DNA of 64,000 nt from an uncultured virus (IMG/VR IMGVR_UViG_2867919565_000004) (IMGVR_UViG_2867919565_000004:1-64000); one strand, 5' to 3'; positions 1 through 9,916 are shown, numbered from the stretch's first letter. The notes: generated by a model from the letters alone, not told the origin. Made by a program: numbers and translations.

Positions 1-920
1 CTAACCCTCTTGAACCCTTGCCACATCAAGGGTTTTTTTCGTTTTAGGAATCATATTATAAATAATATTCAAAAGGACGGCGGTAAAGCTTCCGGCGACA
101 ATTCCGTTTGTGGTCAGCAGATTTAAGTAAGACGGCAGGTGCTTAAACATATCGGGAACGACGGTTACACCGAGTCCCAATCCGACCGAACACGCGACAA
201 TCAGAAGGTTTTCCTGCTTTTTAAAGTCAATTTGACTGAGCATTTTAATGCCGTAGGAGATGACCATGCCGAACATGGCCACCATCGCGCCTCCCAGTAC
301 GGAAGACGGGATGATGGTCGTGAAGGCTGCGATTTTCGGAAAAAGGCCGAAGAGCATTAAAAGTGCGCCCGTGACACCGATAACCGCGTTTTTCTTAATT
401 CCTGTCAGCTGCACGAGGCCGACGTTTTGGGAATAAGCCGTGTACGGAAAAGCATTAAAAATGCCGCTGATGAATACCGCCAGGCCTTCCGCGCGGTAGC
501 CTTTTGCTAAATCACGTTCAGACAGGCGCCGGTTTGTCAGGTCACCGAGAGCGAAATAGACGCCGGTTGACTCAACAAGGCTGACAATGGCAACGATGGA
601 CATCGTAATAATCGGTGCCGCATGAAATGTCGGCGTCCCGAAGTAAAACGGTTTAATCATTTGAATTGCGTCAGCATTCGCCACATTGTCAAATTTCACT
701 TTTCCCATAAAATATGCGATGGCCGTCCCGATGACAATGCCGATTAAAATCGAAATGGATTTCAAAAATCCTTTTGTAAACCGATAAAGCAGCACGATGA
801 TGACGAGCACCGTAAATCCGAGGGCAAGGTTAGCCGGATCACCGAAATCCTTGCTGCCTTCCCCGCCGGCAATATGATTCATCGCGACCGGCATTAAGGT
901 CATCCCGATAATCGTCACAA
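1..920 (-). pseudogene. pbuX: 3' part of host xanthine permease (NCS2 family), split by prophage insertion
   Basis: VTIIGMTLMPVAMN...SQNVGLVQLTG (NCS2 signature). Matches Bacillus PbuX from about the GSV|VTII position; N-terminal ~130 aa absent; GC-rich host-like codons end abruptly at ~920. Confidence 0.9.
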
Positions 921-945
921 GCATTATAGTTTAAGTACTACAAAA
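905..945. other. Prophage attachment junction (att hybrid site) within pbuX
   Basis: PbuX similarity stops at ~919-921 and AT-rich phage sequence begins; exact crossover needs the other prophage end. Confidence 0.75.
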
Positions 946-974
946 AAGAGCCAGATTAATGGCTCTTTTCTTTT
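944..974. terminator. Bidirectional intrinsic terminator at prophage end
   Basis: aaaagagcca-gattaa-tggctctttt hairpin with A/T tracts on both sides. Confidence 0.75.
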
Positions 975-1120
975 GCTAATAAATTAGACATTACTTCATT
1001 TACTTTCAGATTGACTTTCTTAATTGCTTCAGCCGATGGTTGATTCATGCTTTCAATCGTTATATGATATTTTTCTATTTCAAACGATTGCTTTGAAGAT
1101 GATTTAACGAATTCACTCAT
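956..1120 (-). CDS. Probable recombination directionality factor (SprB position), 54 aa
   Basis: Not in ORF track: MSEFVKSSSKQSFEIEKYHITIESMNQPSAEAIKKVNLKVNEVMSNLLAKEKSH; ATGA-coupled to resolvase; last gene before att, like SPbeta sprB. Confidence 0.6.
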   Translation of the reverse strand: MSEFVKSSSKQSFEIEKYHITIESMNQPSAEAIKKVNLKVNEVMSNLLAKEKSH

Positions 1121-1671
1121 ACAGCGCTCACACTATGCTGTTCTTTTTTAATCAAATCATCGCAAAGCTTGTTCAAGTAATATGTATAGTTGACTTTTTT
1201 CTTCATCAAGCGTACCTCAGTACCTATCTCTTCACATATGGAGATCGGGATACTGGATTTGTTTACTTTATTCTTATATGTATGTGACAACTGATTTTCA
1301 GCTATGTTCTTATATGTAAGGAAATCATTAATATGTACGAAATAAACTTTGTTTTCCGGCTCCCTAAACTGAAATAGAAAACCAGGAATTATGTTTGGAT
1401 ATTGCGCTGCCTCTTTTAAGTGTTTAATCTGTTGTGACTTGATGATCTTTTCACTGAAGGATACAGACTTGTTCTTTGTTGATTTAAGTTCAAAAGGAAA
1501 CAAATATCCTTTAAAGTGCAGGAAACAATCATATTTGTTTTTTGATACTGCTGCTCCCCTTTTCAAAAACATTGGGTTAACATCTTTAATTCTGTAGAAG
1601 AACAGCTTTTGATCTGTAGCTGATTTTTCAATATTTGCTTCAAAAACCTTACCCTGGTTTGTACCTCCCAA
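1117..1671 (-). CDS. RecU-like Holliday junction resolvase (YotM-like)
   Basis: GKVFE...YDCF...FELKST PD-(D/E)xK motif of RecU family; position. Confidence 0.75.
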   Translation of the reverse strand: MGGTNQGKVFEANIEKSATDQKLFFYRIKDVNPMFLKRGAAVSKNKYDCFLHFKGYLFPFELKSTKNKSVSFSEKIIKSQQIKHLKEAAQYPNIIPGFLFQFREPENKVYFVHINDFLTYKNIAENQLSHTYKNKVNKSSIPISICEEIGTEVRLMKKKVNYTYYLNKLCDDLIKKEQHSVSAV

Positions 1672-1768
1672 TCAATCACTCTCCTAAAATATTGAAACCG
1701 AAATTGAAATTAAAATAAACCTTTGCTACACTGTTTTATGTCAATTAATATTGAAAGAAGTGTACGAA

Positions 1769-2008
1769 ATGAAGCAATGGACACCCCTACGCCCACGTTT
1801 AAATGAATTAATGTTTGAATATGGCCTCACAGTTGATGACCTATTCAAACGCACAGGATACCCGAGACAACGTATCCACGATTATATAAGTGGAGCCAAA
1901 GCAAATATGAACTTAGCTACAGGAATGACTTTTGCTGATGCCATTGGTTGCTCAATTGAAGAGCTGTACGAATGGAACCATGAAGAAAGAAGAAAAGTTA
2001 AATCTTAA
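1769..2008 (+). CDS. XRE-family HTH regulator (YotL-like)
   Basis: LTVDDLFKRTGYPRQRIHDYISG HTH, CSIEELYEW tail. Confidence 0.75.
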   Translation: MKQWTPLRPRLNELMFEYGLTVDDLFKRTGYPRQRIHDYISGAKANMNLATGMTFADAIGCSIEELYEWNHEERRKVKS

Positions 2009-2198
2009 TTCCTTTTCGAGCCCATCTGATTTCCTGCATCAATTCTTCATTATTATCCGAAAGGTTGATTAGGTTACGGTGGGCTCTTTCGTATTCTTTG
2101 TTCCCGAGAGCTTCTTTTATCGTGTTCATTTGCCTTTCCATTTTGTTGAACAGCATTTGAATTGTATTACTTACTTCAGCTATTATTCTCACCCTCAA
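1998..2198 (-). CDS. Hypothetical phage protein
   Basis: ORF track; coiled-coil-like. Confidence 0.55.
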   Translation of the reverse strand: MRVRIIAEVSNTIQMLFNKMERQMNTIKEALGNKEYERAHRNLINLSDNNEELMQEIRWARKGIKI

Positions 2199-2219
2199 TC
2201 GTCTAATTTTATTTTTATT

Positions 2220-2405
2220 CTAAATAACCTTATAATGTGTCTGTGGTATTCCATAATCATTCCCTTTGCAAAAAACCGTTCCTGTGTCAGGTGTAATTAC
2301 CTCTTTGACTACCCATTCGCTTCCAACAGGGTAGATAATGTGGCCCCAATGACCTCGTGCTTCTTTTGTTACTAAAATTTTGTCCCCTTTCTTAACTATT
2401 GACAT
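2220..2405 (-). CDS. Hypothetical phage protein
   Basis: Strong RBS AAGGAGG. Confidence 0.65.
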   Translation of the reverse strand: MSIVKKGDKILVTKEARGHWGHIIYPVGSEWVVKEVITPDTGTVFCKGNDYGIPQTHYKVI

Positions 2406-2457
2406 GACCGCTTCCTCCTTTTATGCGTTTCATTAAAAGACCGATTTTATCTAATGT

Positions 2458-2622
2458 TCACTTCACTTTATTTGATTCAAAAGACAAGTGTATCCGTATC
2501 CAATAAAGCGCATCGTTTGCTTCATGAAAATCACCTTTAAAAAAATTCTTCGCCGCACTCTTTAATAAGAAAAAAATATGTCTCCAGTCGTCAGACTTAA
2601 AACTCATAATCCTCTTTATCAT
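2458..2622 (-). CDS. Hypothetical protein
   Basis: GGAGGG RBS then ATG (MIKRIMSF), ATGA-coupled to upstream ORF. Confidence 0.6.
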   Translation of the reverse strand: MIKRIMSFKSDDWRHIFFLLKSAAKNFFKGDFHEANDALYWIRIHLSFESNKVK

Positions 2623-2789
2623 TGAAATAACCCTCCCCAAATCACTCCTGCTGCAATGGCAACAATGAAAACTGAAATAAATTTAATTACACCAATATAG
2701 ACTGCAAATTTAATATTCCCTTGGGAATCCATGTTTGCTAATAACACAAGCCCAAATGCAACGAACAAAATCCAAGCCGTAACAATCAG
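2619..2789 (-). CDS. Small 2-TM membrane protein, CTG start
   Basis: (M)IVTAWILFVAFGLVLL...GVIWGGLFQ; AAGGGG RBS 8 nt before CTG. Confidence 0.55.
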   Translation of the reverse strand: MIVTAWILFVAFGLVLLANMDSQGNIKFAVYIGVIKFISVFIVAIAAGVIWGGLFQ

Positions 2790-2790
2790 A

Positions 2791-3216
2791 TCACTCGCCC
2801 CCTTTAATTAACTGGTTACAGATATTAATATATTCTTGAATACTATTAATAATCGTGATGATACAGCTCCTTACCTCTTCTGGTTCTTTAAAATCCATCT
2901 CACATTTAAGACAGTATTCATCGAACTCAATCATTGCAAGAAATTGATCATTACTTGGTGAATTTTCAAAATTAATTTTCTTTAATCTTGGGATGCCCTT
3001 TCCCCTAATCCATTCAATGAAGGAATAATCAACATGGTTTTTTGCTGCCGCGAATTTTAAAAACTCGTGAATATCAGAAGAGTTCTTAATATTGAAATAA
3101 ATGTGGAGACTCTTCTTCATGAGATCTAATAAGCGCAGTAGAGCTTCATCAATGTTATTGTCTGTTTTAGTCTTGAAGTCTATATCAAACCATTTTGCAG
3201 AGTTTTCATTGTTCAT
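2791..3216 (-). CDS. Hypothetical protein
   Basis: 141-aa ORF abutting neighbours. Confidence 0.65.
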   Translation of the reverse strand: MNNENSAKWFDIDFKTKTDNNIDEALLRLLDLMKKSLHIYFNIKNSSDIHEFLKFAAAKNHVDYSFIEWIRGKGIPRLKKINFENSPSNDQFLAMIEFDEYCLKCEMDFKEPEEVRSCIITIINSIQEYINICNQLIKGGE

Positions 3217-3651
3217 TTAATCCCTCCAAGAATCATGTTTTTCATTAACAGTTAGTCGATCCCTATTTCTCTTGGTGTTTTGTTCAGCTAAATTTAATAA
3301 TGCCTTTCTAGACTTTTCGTCATTAAAGACCTCTTCAAGATTTAATAGGTGTGTCCGTTGTTCCTTTGTCATTGCTTGAGTATGTAAGTCAGTAACTTTA
3401 TTGTTGTTTGCGGCTTTTCTAAATGCGTAGTATTTGGGCGGATTATAAGACTTAAACCATTTTTCAACTTTAATTGGTGACAATTGCCCAAAGCCAAACT
3501 TGATTAGTGCTGCCTTTTTGCTTTCCGGATGATTCATTATCTGTTCATATATAGTCAAGGGTTCGGTTAGTTCACTAGACACTTTGAAACCCTCAATTAG
3601 AGAACCGTTATTAAAATGAATATTTACCTTTGTGCCTGATCCATTATCCAT
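3217..3651 (-). CDS. Hypothetical protein
   Basis: 144-aa ORF, AAGGGGG RBS. Confidence 0.65.
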   Translation of the reverse strand: MDNGSGTKVNIHFNNGSLIEGFKVSSELTEPLTIYEQIMNHPESKKAALIKFGFGQLSPIKVEKWFKSYNPPKYYAFRKAANNNKVTDLHTQAMTKEQRTHLLNLEEVFNDEKSRKALLNLAEQNTKRNRDRLTVNEKHDSWRD

Positions 3652-3796
3652 GACTGGTTAACCCCCTTAAGCGTTCGACTTCAGCAACCAACCACTCTGC
3701 ATAACTAATGTGAATTTTCATCACCTTGGTCGATCCAGCTTGCCGAGACATTACTTCAACGAATTGCTTAATTTCTTCAAATTCAATTTCTTTCAT
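3644..3796 (-). CDS. Hypothetical protein, 50 aa
   Basis: MKEIEFEEIKQF...EWLVAEVERLRG; AAGGGA RBS. Confidence 0.55.
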   Translation of the reverse strand: MKEIEFEEIKQFVEVMSRQAGSTKVMKIHISYAEWLVAEVERLRGLTSHG

Positions 3797-3832
3797 TGAG
3801 GTTTATCCCTTCTAAATGAAATCAACATTTTA

Positions 3833-4033
3833 TCAATCCTCTTCGACTTCTCCATCTAATTCTTGTTTTAATTTGTAAGCAGATTCAGCAATCCCTTGAA
3901 ACTCCTTTTCAAGAAGATTTGCTCTCTTGGCTCTTTCAATAAGCCATTCATATGACACCCTATCTAATTCGACCATTGTTTCAGATGCGTAAAATGCCTT
4001 TTCTTCAATTTCTTCAATTGTCACGGCTATCAA
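3833..4033 (-). CDS. Hypothetical protein
   Basis: ORF bracketed by palindrome sites 3817 and 4045. Confidence 0.6.
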   Translation of the reverse strand: MIAVTIEEIEEKAFYASETMVELDRVSYEWLIERAKRANLLEKEFQGIAESAYKLKQELDGEVEED

Positions 4034-4060
4034 CCCTTCCTGTATAAAATTAGAATTTCA

Positions 4061-4429
4061 TTAATAAATTTTCCCTACATATTTACAATCCATTGATTGC
4101 TCAATGTAATATATAGCCTTATCAGTAAACATTATTTCAGTGCCAATACCGATTGAATGGAATATCCTTTTATTTTGAGTTGAGTTTAACCAAATTACGG
4201 ATTCATCTTTAAATTTTCCTTTTACCCATTTAGCTTCACTATTATATTTGTAACTAGGAAAATCTTTTTCAAATGTTAATTGATCAAACCTTTTATTTGG
4301 CATACCACTATACTCCAACCAATCATGAGTATGGCTAAATCCATTCTTACAAAATTCATTAATCTTAACGTTAATTTCTTCAATATTTGCCTCACTTAAC
4401 ACATAAGATTCCCAAGTATTTGCTATCAT
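4061..4429 (-). CDS. Hypothetical protein
   Basis: AAGGGGAG RBS, 122 aa. Confidence 0.65.
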   Translation of the reverse strand: MIANTWESYVLSEANIEEINVKINEFCKNGFSHTHDWLEYSGMPNKRFDQLTFEKDFPSYKYNSEAKWVKGKFKDESVIWLNSTQNKRIFHSIGIGTEIMFTDKAIYYIEQSMDCKYVGKIY

Positions 4430-4521
4430 CTTCGCTCCCCTTTCTTTCCCATGATTCAGTCCATGCTAATTCATCAGCCACGACCAATAGTCATTTAAAT
4501 CACCTCTATTCAAATTAATGT

Positions 4522-4550
4522 GTATAATCTCATAACATCTCCACACAATA
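4522..4550 (+). promoter_or_regulatory. Putative sigma-G promoter of sspC
   Basis: GTATA-17nt-CACAATA upstream of SASP gene. Confidence 0.6.
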
Positions 4551-4595
4551 CAATTGAACAAACTTGTTTTACATACTACTTTAGGAGATGATCAT

Positions 4596-4808
4596 ATGGC
4601 TCAACAAAACAGATCAAACAACAGCAATGAATTACTCGTACCTCAAGCTGCTAGTGCACTTGAACAAATGAAGTATGAAATTGCTTCTGAGTTCGGTGTG
4701 AACTTAGGGCCTGAGACAACTAGCCGAGCAAACGGATCAGTAGGTGGAGAAATTACAAAACGTTTGGTTCGCCTGGCTCAACAAAGCATGAATGGTCAAT
4801 TTCATTAA
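4596..4808 (+). CDS. sspC: Alpha/beta-type small acid-soluble spore protein
   Basis: [10 protein letters not shown]...[24 protein letters not shown]; hairpin at 4815-4833. Confidence 0.93.
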   Translation: MAQQNRSNNSNELLVPQAASALEQMKYEIASEFGVNLGPETTSRANGSVGGEITKRLVRLAQQSMNGQFH

Positions 4809-4853
4809 TATTCAAGAGGGGTCTATCCCCTCTATTTTCCCAAACCCGAACAC

Positions 4854-5132
4854 CTAGATCATCTCTTCCCTCAACCATTTATAAATTTTTTCTCTGACCT
4901 CCGTGTCATTCCATCCCCATTCTTCTGCTAACAAAAGAATATCTCTAGGCAGGTGTTTATGTATTTGAACCACAGATGTTGGGTCTGGTTTTTTGCCATA
5001 GTAATCATAATAACAATCGAAAATCTGGTCATACGCATCTTCGTCTATCCACAAATAATGACAAACAGCACATCCTGAAATTCCCTTAGGACAAGGTATT
5101 TTAATCCTATACCTGCCATTGATTTTCTCCAT
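4854..5132 (-). CDS. Hypothetical protein, Cys/His-rich N-terminus
   Basis: CPKGISGCAVCH; AAGGAG RBS. Confidence 0.65.
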   Translation of the reverse strand: MEKINGRYRIKIPCPKGISGCAVCHYLWIDEDAYDQIFDCYYDYYGKKPDPTSVVQIHKHLPRDILLLAEEWGWNDTEVREKIYKWLREEMI

Positions 5133-5174
5133 AGCTCACTGCTCCTTCCCATAAAATACAGATTTCATATTAAC

Positions 5175-5354
5175 TTAGTTGTAATAACTAATTTCTTTTT
5201 TATCCATCACTTTTCGGATTATTCGCTCATGTTTCGATCTCCTTCTTATGTTGCTTCCTTTAACTTTTGGTGCTTGAAACATTCCATCGCAAGTCCAATC
5301 ATATCCGCTATACTTTTTAAACACCGTCGTCTTCAGGCGTCTATGATACGTCAC
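5175..5354 (-). CDS. Hypothetical basic protein, 59 aa
   Basis: GTGA-coupled, GGAGGT RBS; MTYHRRLKTTVFKKY... Confidence 0.5.
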   Translation of the reverse strand: MTYHRRLKTTVFKKYSGYDWTCDGMFQAPKVKGSNIRRRSKHERIIRKVMDKKEISYYN

Positions 5355-6082
5355 TCACCTCCCACCTCTTCGCGTGAATCGTCAATGATCCTTCCATATT
5401 TAGCGGCCATTGACGAAAGACCTGCCATACCATCGCACCATGCTTTCTCGCCTTTTGCTATTACGTACTCTTTCGATTTATCCACTGTCGATCTAACAAC
5501 GTCGCCCACACGAACATCAGTCGGCTTCGGCGCGTTCAAGTATTGGTTCGGCACCGCCAAGCCTAACGCACGTCTTAACGCAATCGCCTTTCCGATGTGA
5601 ACGTTGAAGCAGTCGTCAGGTACGGCTTTTGCGATTCCTCTTGCGTAGACCTCTCGGGTACGAATCCCTTTCAACAAGACGACAACAGTTCGCTTATGGC
5701 GATTTACTACGAATTCAACTTCACAGGATGCGTGGTAGAATGCGTCTAATTTATATCTGACTCCATCACCGTTTTTCGTTAATTCCCAAACGTCTGCCTT
5801 CGCCTGCTTAACGATTTCATCACGGCGGGCTTGGGCGGTTTTCTCTGGCTTCCATAAACGTTCCTCTAACGTCGTACAGACCGGAGTCGTTACTGTATTC
5901 ACATCGCCAGGCATAATAACAACGTCTTGGTTCGTTTTTGCGTAGTGAACTACGAACCTATACGAATATGCTCCACCAATAACGACATCTCCAAAGCGAG
6001 ATTTATAGCCGAAATATTTACCGTCCTTCTTTTCAAATACCGTATTCGCATTATTGATCACCGTTTGATTTACGTTTTTCAT
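5351..6082 (-). CDS. Phage protein of unknown function
   Basis: RGIAKAVPDDCFNVHIGKAIALRRA motif recurrent in Bacillus phages; GC-richer codons. Confidence 0.7.
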   Translation of the reverse strand: MKNVNQTVINNANTVFEKKDGKYFGYKSRFGDVVIGGAYSYRFVVHYAKTNQDVVIMPGDVNTVTTPVCTTLEERLWKPEKTAQARRDEIVKQAKADVWELTKNGDGVRYKLDAFYHASCEVEFVVNRHKRTVVVLLKGIRTREVYARGIAKAVPDDCFNVHIGKAIALRRALGLAVPNQYLNAPKPTDVRVGDVVRSTVDKSKEYVIAKGEKAWCDGMAGLSSMAAKYGRIIDDSREEVGGE

Positions 6083-6099
6083 TCCTCATCTCCTCCAAT

Positions 6100-6426
6100 T
6101 TATATTAATTTAATTTGATTCTCAATTTCCTCAATAAATCCCTGTAAAGCTTCTTCATCAACCATTACTTGTCCATCTTGGACTTTGATGATTTCTTTCA
6201 TTCGGCCATCCATATTTCTAAATTCTTCTGCTTGCTGCGCAGTAAACATCGTTCTGTATTTCTTTATGTATAGAAGAAAATCTATAAGTACTCCGATCTC
6301 CCCAATTTTGTGGAGATTAAAATCTTCTTGTTCCACTTCCAACCTGAGCAAATCTGCTTCCTTTTCTAAAGCATCAATTTCAAGTTGTTCTTTCTTTGAC
6401 AACAATTCTTGCTCTTTTTGTTGCAA
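6100..6426 (-). CDS. Hypothetical coiled-coil protein
   Basis: AAGGAGGTG RBS, TTG start. Confidence 0.65.
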   Translation of the reverse strand: MQQKEQELLSKKEQLEIDALEKEADLLRLEVEQEDFNLHKIGEIGVLIDFLLYIKKYRTMFTAQQAEEFRNMDGRMKEIIKVQDGQVMVDEEALQGFIEEIENQIKLI

Positions 6427-6494
6427 TTGATCACCTCCTTATAAGGATTTAATATGTAATCACAAGATAAATGTAGGCTATTGCTTTAAACTGA

Positions 6495-6851
6495 TTAATA
6501 CTGTAAGTGCTTGTTTTTCTTTTTGCTAATTCTATACTCTGCAATTTTTAGTGATTCAAGAGTCCATCCGTTATTGTTTAAACTCCCGAAAAGTGTGTTC
6601 AATAATTGAAGTTCTTGTTTTAAGTTCCTTCTCTTTCTTAATATCTTTTGACCTTTTAACGAAAGATGATATCCCTCTGAAGCATTAAATTTGTCTTCTT
6701 CTAGCTTGTGATAAAATTCATTGAGCTCTTTATCAACTTTCCCGAGCTCTTTATAAAGGTTATCAATTTCATTTTGAAGTCGTTGTTTAGTCTCCTCAAT
6801 TGCTGCAAGAGGTTTTGAAATGGAAACAAGATAATCTGTTGCAGTTTTCAT
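6495..6851 (-). CDS. Hypothetical coiled-coil protein
   Basis: AGGAG RBS. Confidence 0.65.
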   Translation of the reverse strand: MKTATDYLVSISKPLAAIEETKQRLQNEIDNLYKELGKVDKELNEFYHKLEEDKFNASEGYHLSLKGQKILRKRRNLKQELQLLNTLFGSLNNNGWTLESLKIAEYRISKKKNKHLQY

Positions 6852-6932
6852 ATCGTTACTCCTATTTATTATTTTATTTTTACTCTAAAAGTATGTAAAA
6901 AAAAGACAAGCTTTTAACTTGTCTTTATCTTA

Positions 6933-7487
6933 TCATTCAACTTCTCGGATGTCTATAACTATTTTATTTTTATCCTTAAATTTTTTTGAGTAAGTCACAA
7001 ATGAATAATTAAATGTGGTATTGTTGTCTTCTTTTCTGTGATCCTTTTCGATTACTCTCCAATCATCATTTAACCAGGGAAAATATGAATCTGCCTTCGC
7101 AGCGACTGAATCAACAATCGTTAAATAAACCTTGTCTGCATGTGGTAAGAATGCCTCGTATATAGCGCCTCCTCCAATAACCATTACTTCTTCATTTGTA
7201 TCCAATTGACCACGTATAAGCTTTAAAACATCGTCAACCGAATGGTAAACGAATGAAGAGTGATCAGGCTTGAAATCCTTATTTTTGGTCAGTATGATAT
7301 TCTTTCGGTTTTGAAGTGGCTTTCCTGTAATGTTTACGATCGTTTCATATGTAAGCCTTCCCTGAATACACAACTTTCCTGTAGTGAGTTCTTTAAAACG
7401 TTTCATGTCTTCAGGAATATGGTAAAGCAAATTATTCTCATACCCAATGGCCATTGATTTATCGCAGCAAGCAATAAGAGATAGCAT
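6933..7487 (-). CDS. dfrA: Dihydrofolate reductase
   Basis: IGYENNLLYHIPEDMKRFK, GRLTYE, PLQNRKNIILT, VIGGGAIY. Confidence 0.92.
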   Translation of the reverse strand: MLSLIACCDKSMAIGYENNLLYHIPEDMKRFKELTTGKLCIQGRLTYETIVNITGKPLQNRKNIILTKNKDFKPDHSSFVYHSVDDVLKLIRGQLDTNEEVMVIGGGAIYEAFLPHADKVYLTIVDSVAAKADSYFPWLNDDWRVIEKDHRKEDNNTTFNYSFVTYSKKFKDKNKIVIDIREVE

Positions 7488-8326
7488 TATACTGCTACCT
7501 CAAAGTAAAGCTTGTCTCCATGCTTATAATTAATCAGTTTGAAATCGTCAATTGTGAAATCATAAAAGTCTTTTACATCCGGATTAATCCATAGCTCAGG
7601 TGCTTCGTATTGCTCTCTTTCCATTTGAATTTTCAAATTGTCTATATGACGAGTGTATACGTGACAGTCTCCAATATTGAAGACATATTCACCTAGCTCA
7701 TAGCCAGTAACTTGAGCAATCATACGCTGCAAAACATTGTACTGGAACACATTAAACGGATTCCCTAAAGCCATGTCATTGCTACGAGCTCTTACCTCTA
7801 AGATAAGCTTTCCTTGTTTTATATACCACTGTGTCTCATATACACAAGGTGGTAAAGCCATTGAGTCTAAATCATCAGGATTCCAAAGCATTGTAATATG
7901 TCTGCGTGATGATGGATTATTTTTCAACTGATGAAGAAGATAATCAACCTGATCAACTTTTTCACAGTTTAGCACTCTGTTCTTTTTACTAAGCTGATAT
8001 CCATATGCTTTGCCGATTGTACCATCTTCTTGTTTCCATTGATCCCAGATGTGCACACCCATCTTGTTTAATTCGTTGACATCATTTGATTTAAGCTGCC
8101 ATATCCAAAGCAATTCTTTGATTGCTGTTTTCCAGGCAACTTTTTTAGTCGTTAAAATTGGTACTTCAGTATTGTCAAATCGCATTTTCCTGCTGATTAC
8201 ACTGAGTGCATTAGCTGGGGTTCCATCTGTATCCCAGTTGGCTCTGACATCGAATTCTTCGTCAGATACTCCATTATTAATTATGTCATTTATGATTGTG
8301 TTGTACTGCATATCAAATTGACTCAT
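7487..8326 (-). CDS. thyA: Thymidylate synthase (ThyP3/ThyA type), 279 aa
   Basis: SSRRH, ALPPCVY, ARSNDMALGNPFN, GDCHVY; start MSQFD after AAGGAAGG. Confidence 0.95.
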   Translation of the reverse strand: MSQFDMQYNTIINDIINNGVSDEEFDVRANWDTDGTPANALSVISRKMRFDNTEVPILTTKKVAWKTAIKELLWIWQLKSNDVNELNKMGVHIWDQWKQEDGTIGKAYGYQLSKKNRVLNCEKVDQVDYLLHQLKNNPSSRRHITMLWNPDDLDSMALPPCVYETQWYIKQGKLILEVRARSNDMALGNPFNVFQYNVLQRMIAQVTGYELGEYVFNIGDCHVYTRHIDNLKIQMEREQYEAPELWINPDVKDFYDFTIDDFKLINYKHGDKLYFEVAV

Positions 8327-8387
8327 AATTTCCTTCCTTTCAATTCCATTGTTTGGTAAAATATCCTTGCCCACATAATGGAATGAG

Positions 8388-9005
8388 GTGATCTTTTTGT
8401 CTGTTTACAAATACAAGCCAGCGGTGGTTAAAGAAGTACTGGAATGTAAAACTGAAAGATTAACAGACTCAATTGAAGCAAGATATTGTTTATCAATAAA
8501 GCTTAATAATAATTTAGACTCTTCATATGTGTTTATTATGTTAAATCCCAGTATTGCTGACAAAGAAGTATCCGACCTCACTATAACTAAGTTATGTAAT
8601 TTTAGCCACTCATTAAATGAAGTTGGATCCATTCATATTGTCAATCTATATCCTTTTTACGAAACAAATTCAGAAGAATTGTCCTCAATAATTCAGAAGC
8701 TTCAAAAAGAGGACAGTAGCCTGTATGAAGCTACTGTTAAGACTAATCATCAAATTATAGCCAATTTAGCCAAAGAATCTAAAAAGGTAATCTTTGCTTG
8801 GGGTGATTGTCCAAAGCGGTTCGATAAACGAAGTTTTAATAAGCAATGCCACGATGTTAAACAGCTCCTAAAAGGAATAAATAAAGACGAGGCATTTGTT
8901 ATCAAAACCCATTACAACAGGCTTCTCACAGTTAAGAATTCACCAAGACATCCCTCTAGACCTGGGCTTAAATGGCTCGAACCGTTTCATGAATTAGACG
9001 CTTAA
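8388..9005 (+). CDS. DUF1643-family protein
   Basis: RY.L, FIMLNPSIAD, VNLY, AWG, PRHP motifs. Confidence 0.75.
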   Translation: MIFLSVYKYKPAVVKEVLECKTERLTDSIEARYCLSIKLNNNLDSSYVFIMLNPSIADKEVSDLTITKLCNFSHSLNEVGSIHIVNLYPFYETNSEELSSIIQKLQKEDSSLYEATVKTNHQIIANLAKESKKVIFAWGDCPKRFDKRSFNKQCHDVKQLLKGINKDEAFVIKTHYNRLLTVKNSPRHPSRPGLKWLEPFHELDA

Positions 9006-9415
9006 ATGAAACAATCAATAATAAAGTTAACCACGAAGACAATATTACCGCAAACAAAAAGCATATATACGAACTTGTTTTGTTTATTGTTTGAGTCACC
9101 GTCCAAAACATCAAGAATTTTAAACATTGTTAAACCGGTATATATTAAAGCAAAAGCTGTCCAAGCTAACATTAGCACGTTACCGTGCGTAATCAGTCCA
9201 ATAGTAGCCAAGGGGATAATGAACGAAATCCCCTTGAACAATGTAATGACATACACTAGGTTCTTATTTTTCTTCAGTTCTTTATACGGTGAATTAGAAA
9301 GCATATGTGTAACTTTAGCGTATACGTTCTGTTCTCCTCGAGTAACTAATCTAATTTCATTAATGTTTAGTGCAAAAAAGTATGCTGCAAGTAATAACGT
9401 AAAATATGTAATTAT
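9002..9415 (-). CDS. Multi-pass membrane protein, probable ATA start
   Basis: Frame open upstream of the tracked ATG to AAGGAG-7nt-ATA (ITYFTLLLAAYFF...). Confidence 0.55.
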   Translation of the reverse strand: MITYFTLLLAAYFFALNINEIRLVTRGEQNVYAKVTHMLSNSPYKELKKNKNLVYVITLFKGISFIIPLATIGLITHGNVLMLAWTAFALIYTGLTMFKILDVLDGDSNNKQNKFVYMLFVCGNIVFVVNFIIDCFI

Positions 9416-9458
9416 AATACATCTCCTTATTTTATTTTTATCCTATAAACAACTACAA

Positions 9459-9779
9459 CTAATCAAATAACTCTCCGGCTCTCTTCATGTCTTTGATTTC
9501 CTTTCTCACACTTTCTTTGATTGCATGAGGTAGCCGGTCAATTCCTCGTTGTATTCTTTTCTGACCTGTATTTCTTATATGTAAAGTTAACTCTTTAAAC
9601 CCTTCCATTGATTCGTCTGAAATTAAATCAAACTGATGTTGAATCTTAGCTAGTAAGCTTATATGTTCCTCTTCATTCTCGCTGAATAATTGGAGGCCTT
9701 GTTTAAGATTTTCTATTTCTTTTAGATGGGCTTTTATTTTCTCTATGTGTTTATCCATGATTGCTAAACCTTTCAACAA
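9459..9779 (-). CDS. Hypothetical protein
   Basis: ORF track; start uncertain. Confidence 0.55.
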   Translation of the reverse strand: MLKGLAIMDKHIEKIKAHLKEIENLKQGLQLFSENEEEHISLLAKIQHQFDLISDESMEGFKELTLHIRNTGQKRIQRGIDRLPHAIKESVRKEIKDMKRAGELFD

Positions 9780-9916
9780 TTTCTAAAACTTCAGCGAGCT
9801 TATCTGTTAGCTGTCTTCCCAGGTCTGTTTTTTGTTTCTGATCGAGTTTGTTCATTTTTCCTTTGCCCCTTTTTGCTTTAATTTGATTCTGTCTCATATA
9901 ATCAATGGAATTTTAT

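Noticed and set aside
1..930. Phage-supplied ATG (TATAATG) re-starting a functional truncated PbuX
   Set aside because: No RBS, the TATAAT overlaps the ATG, a terminator lies just upstream, and the N-terminal helices are missing
9900..9915. Additional N6 palindrome at the stop of the 9917-10315 gene
   Set aside because: Only the TTTTA arm is present; left arm (aatca) does not match
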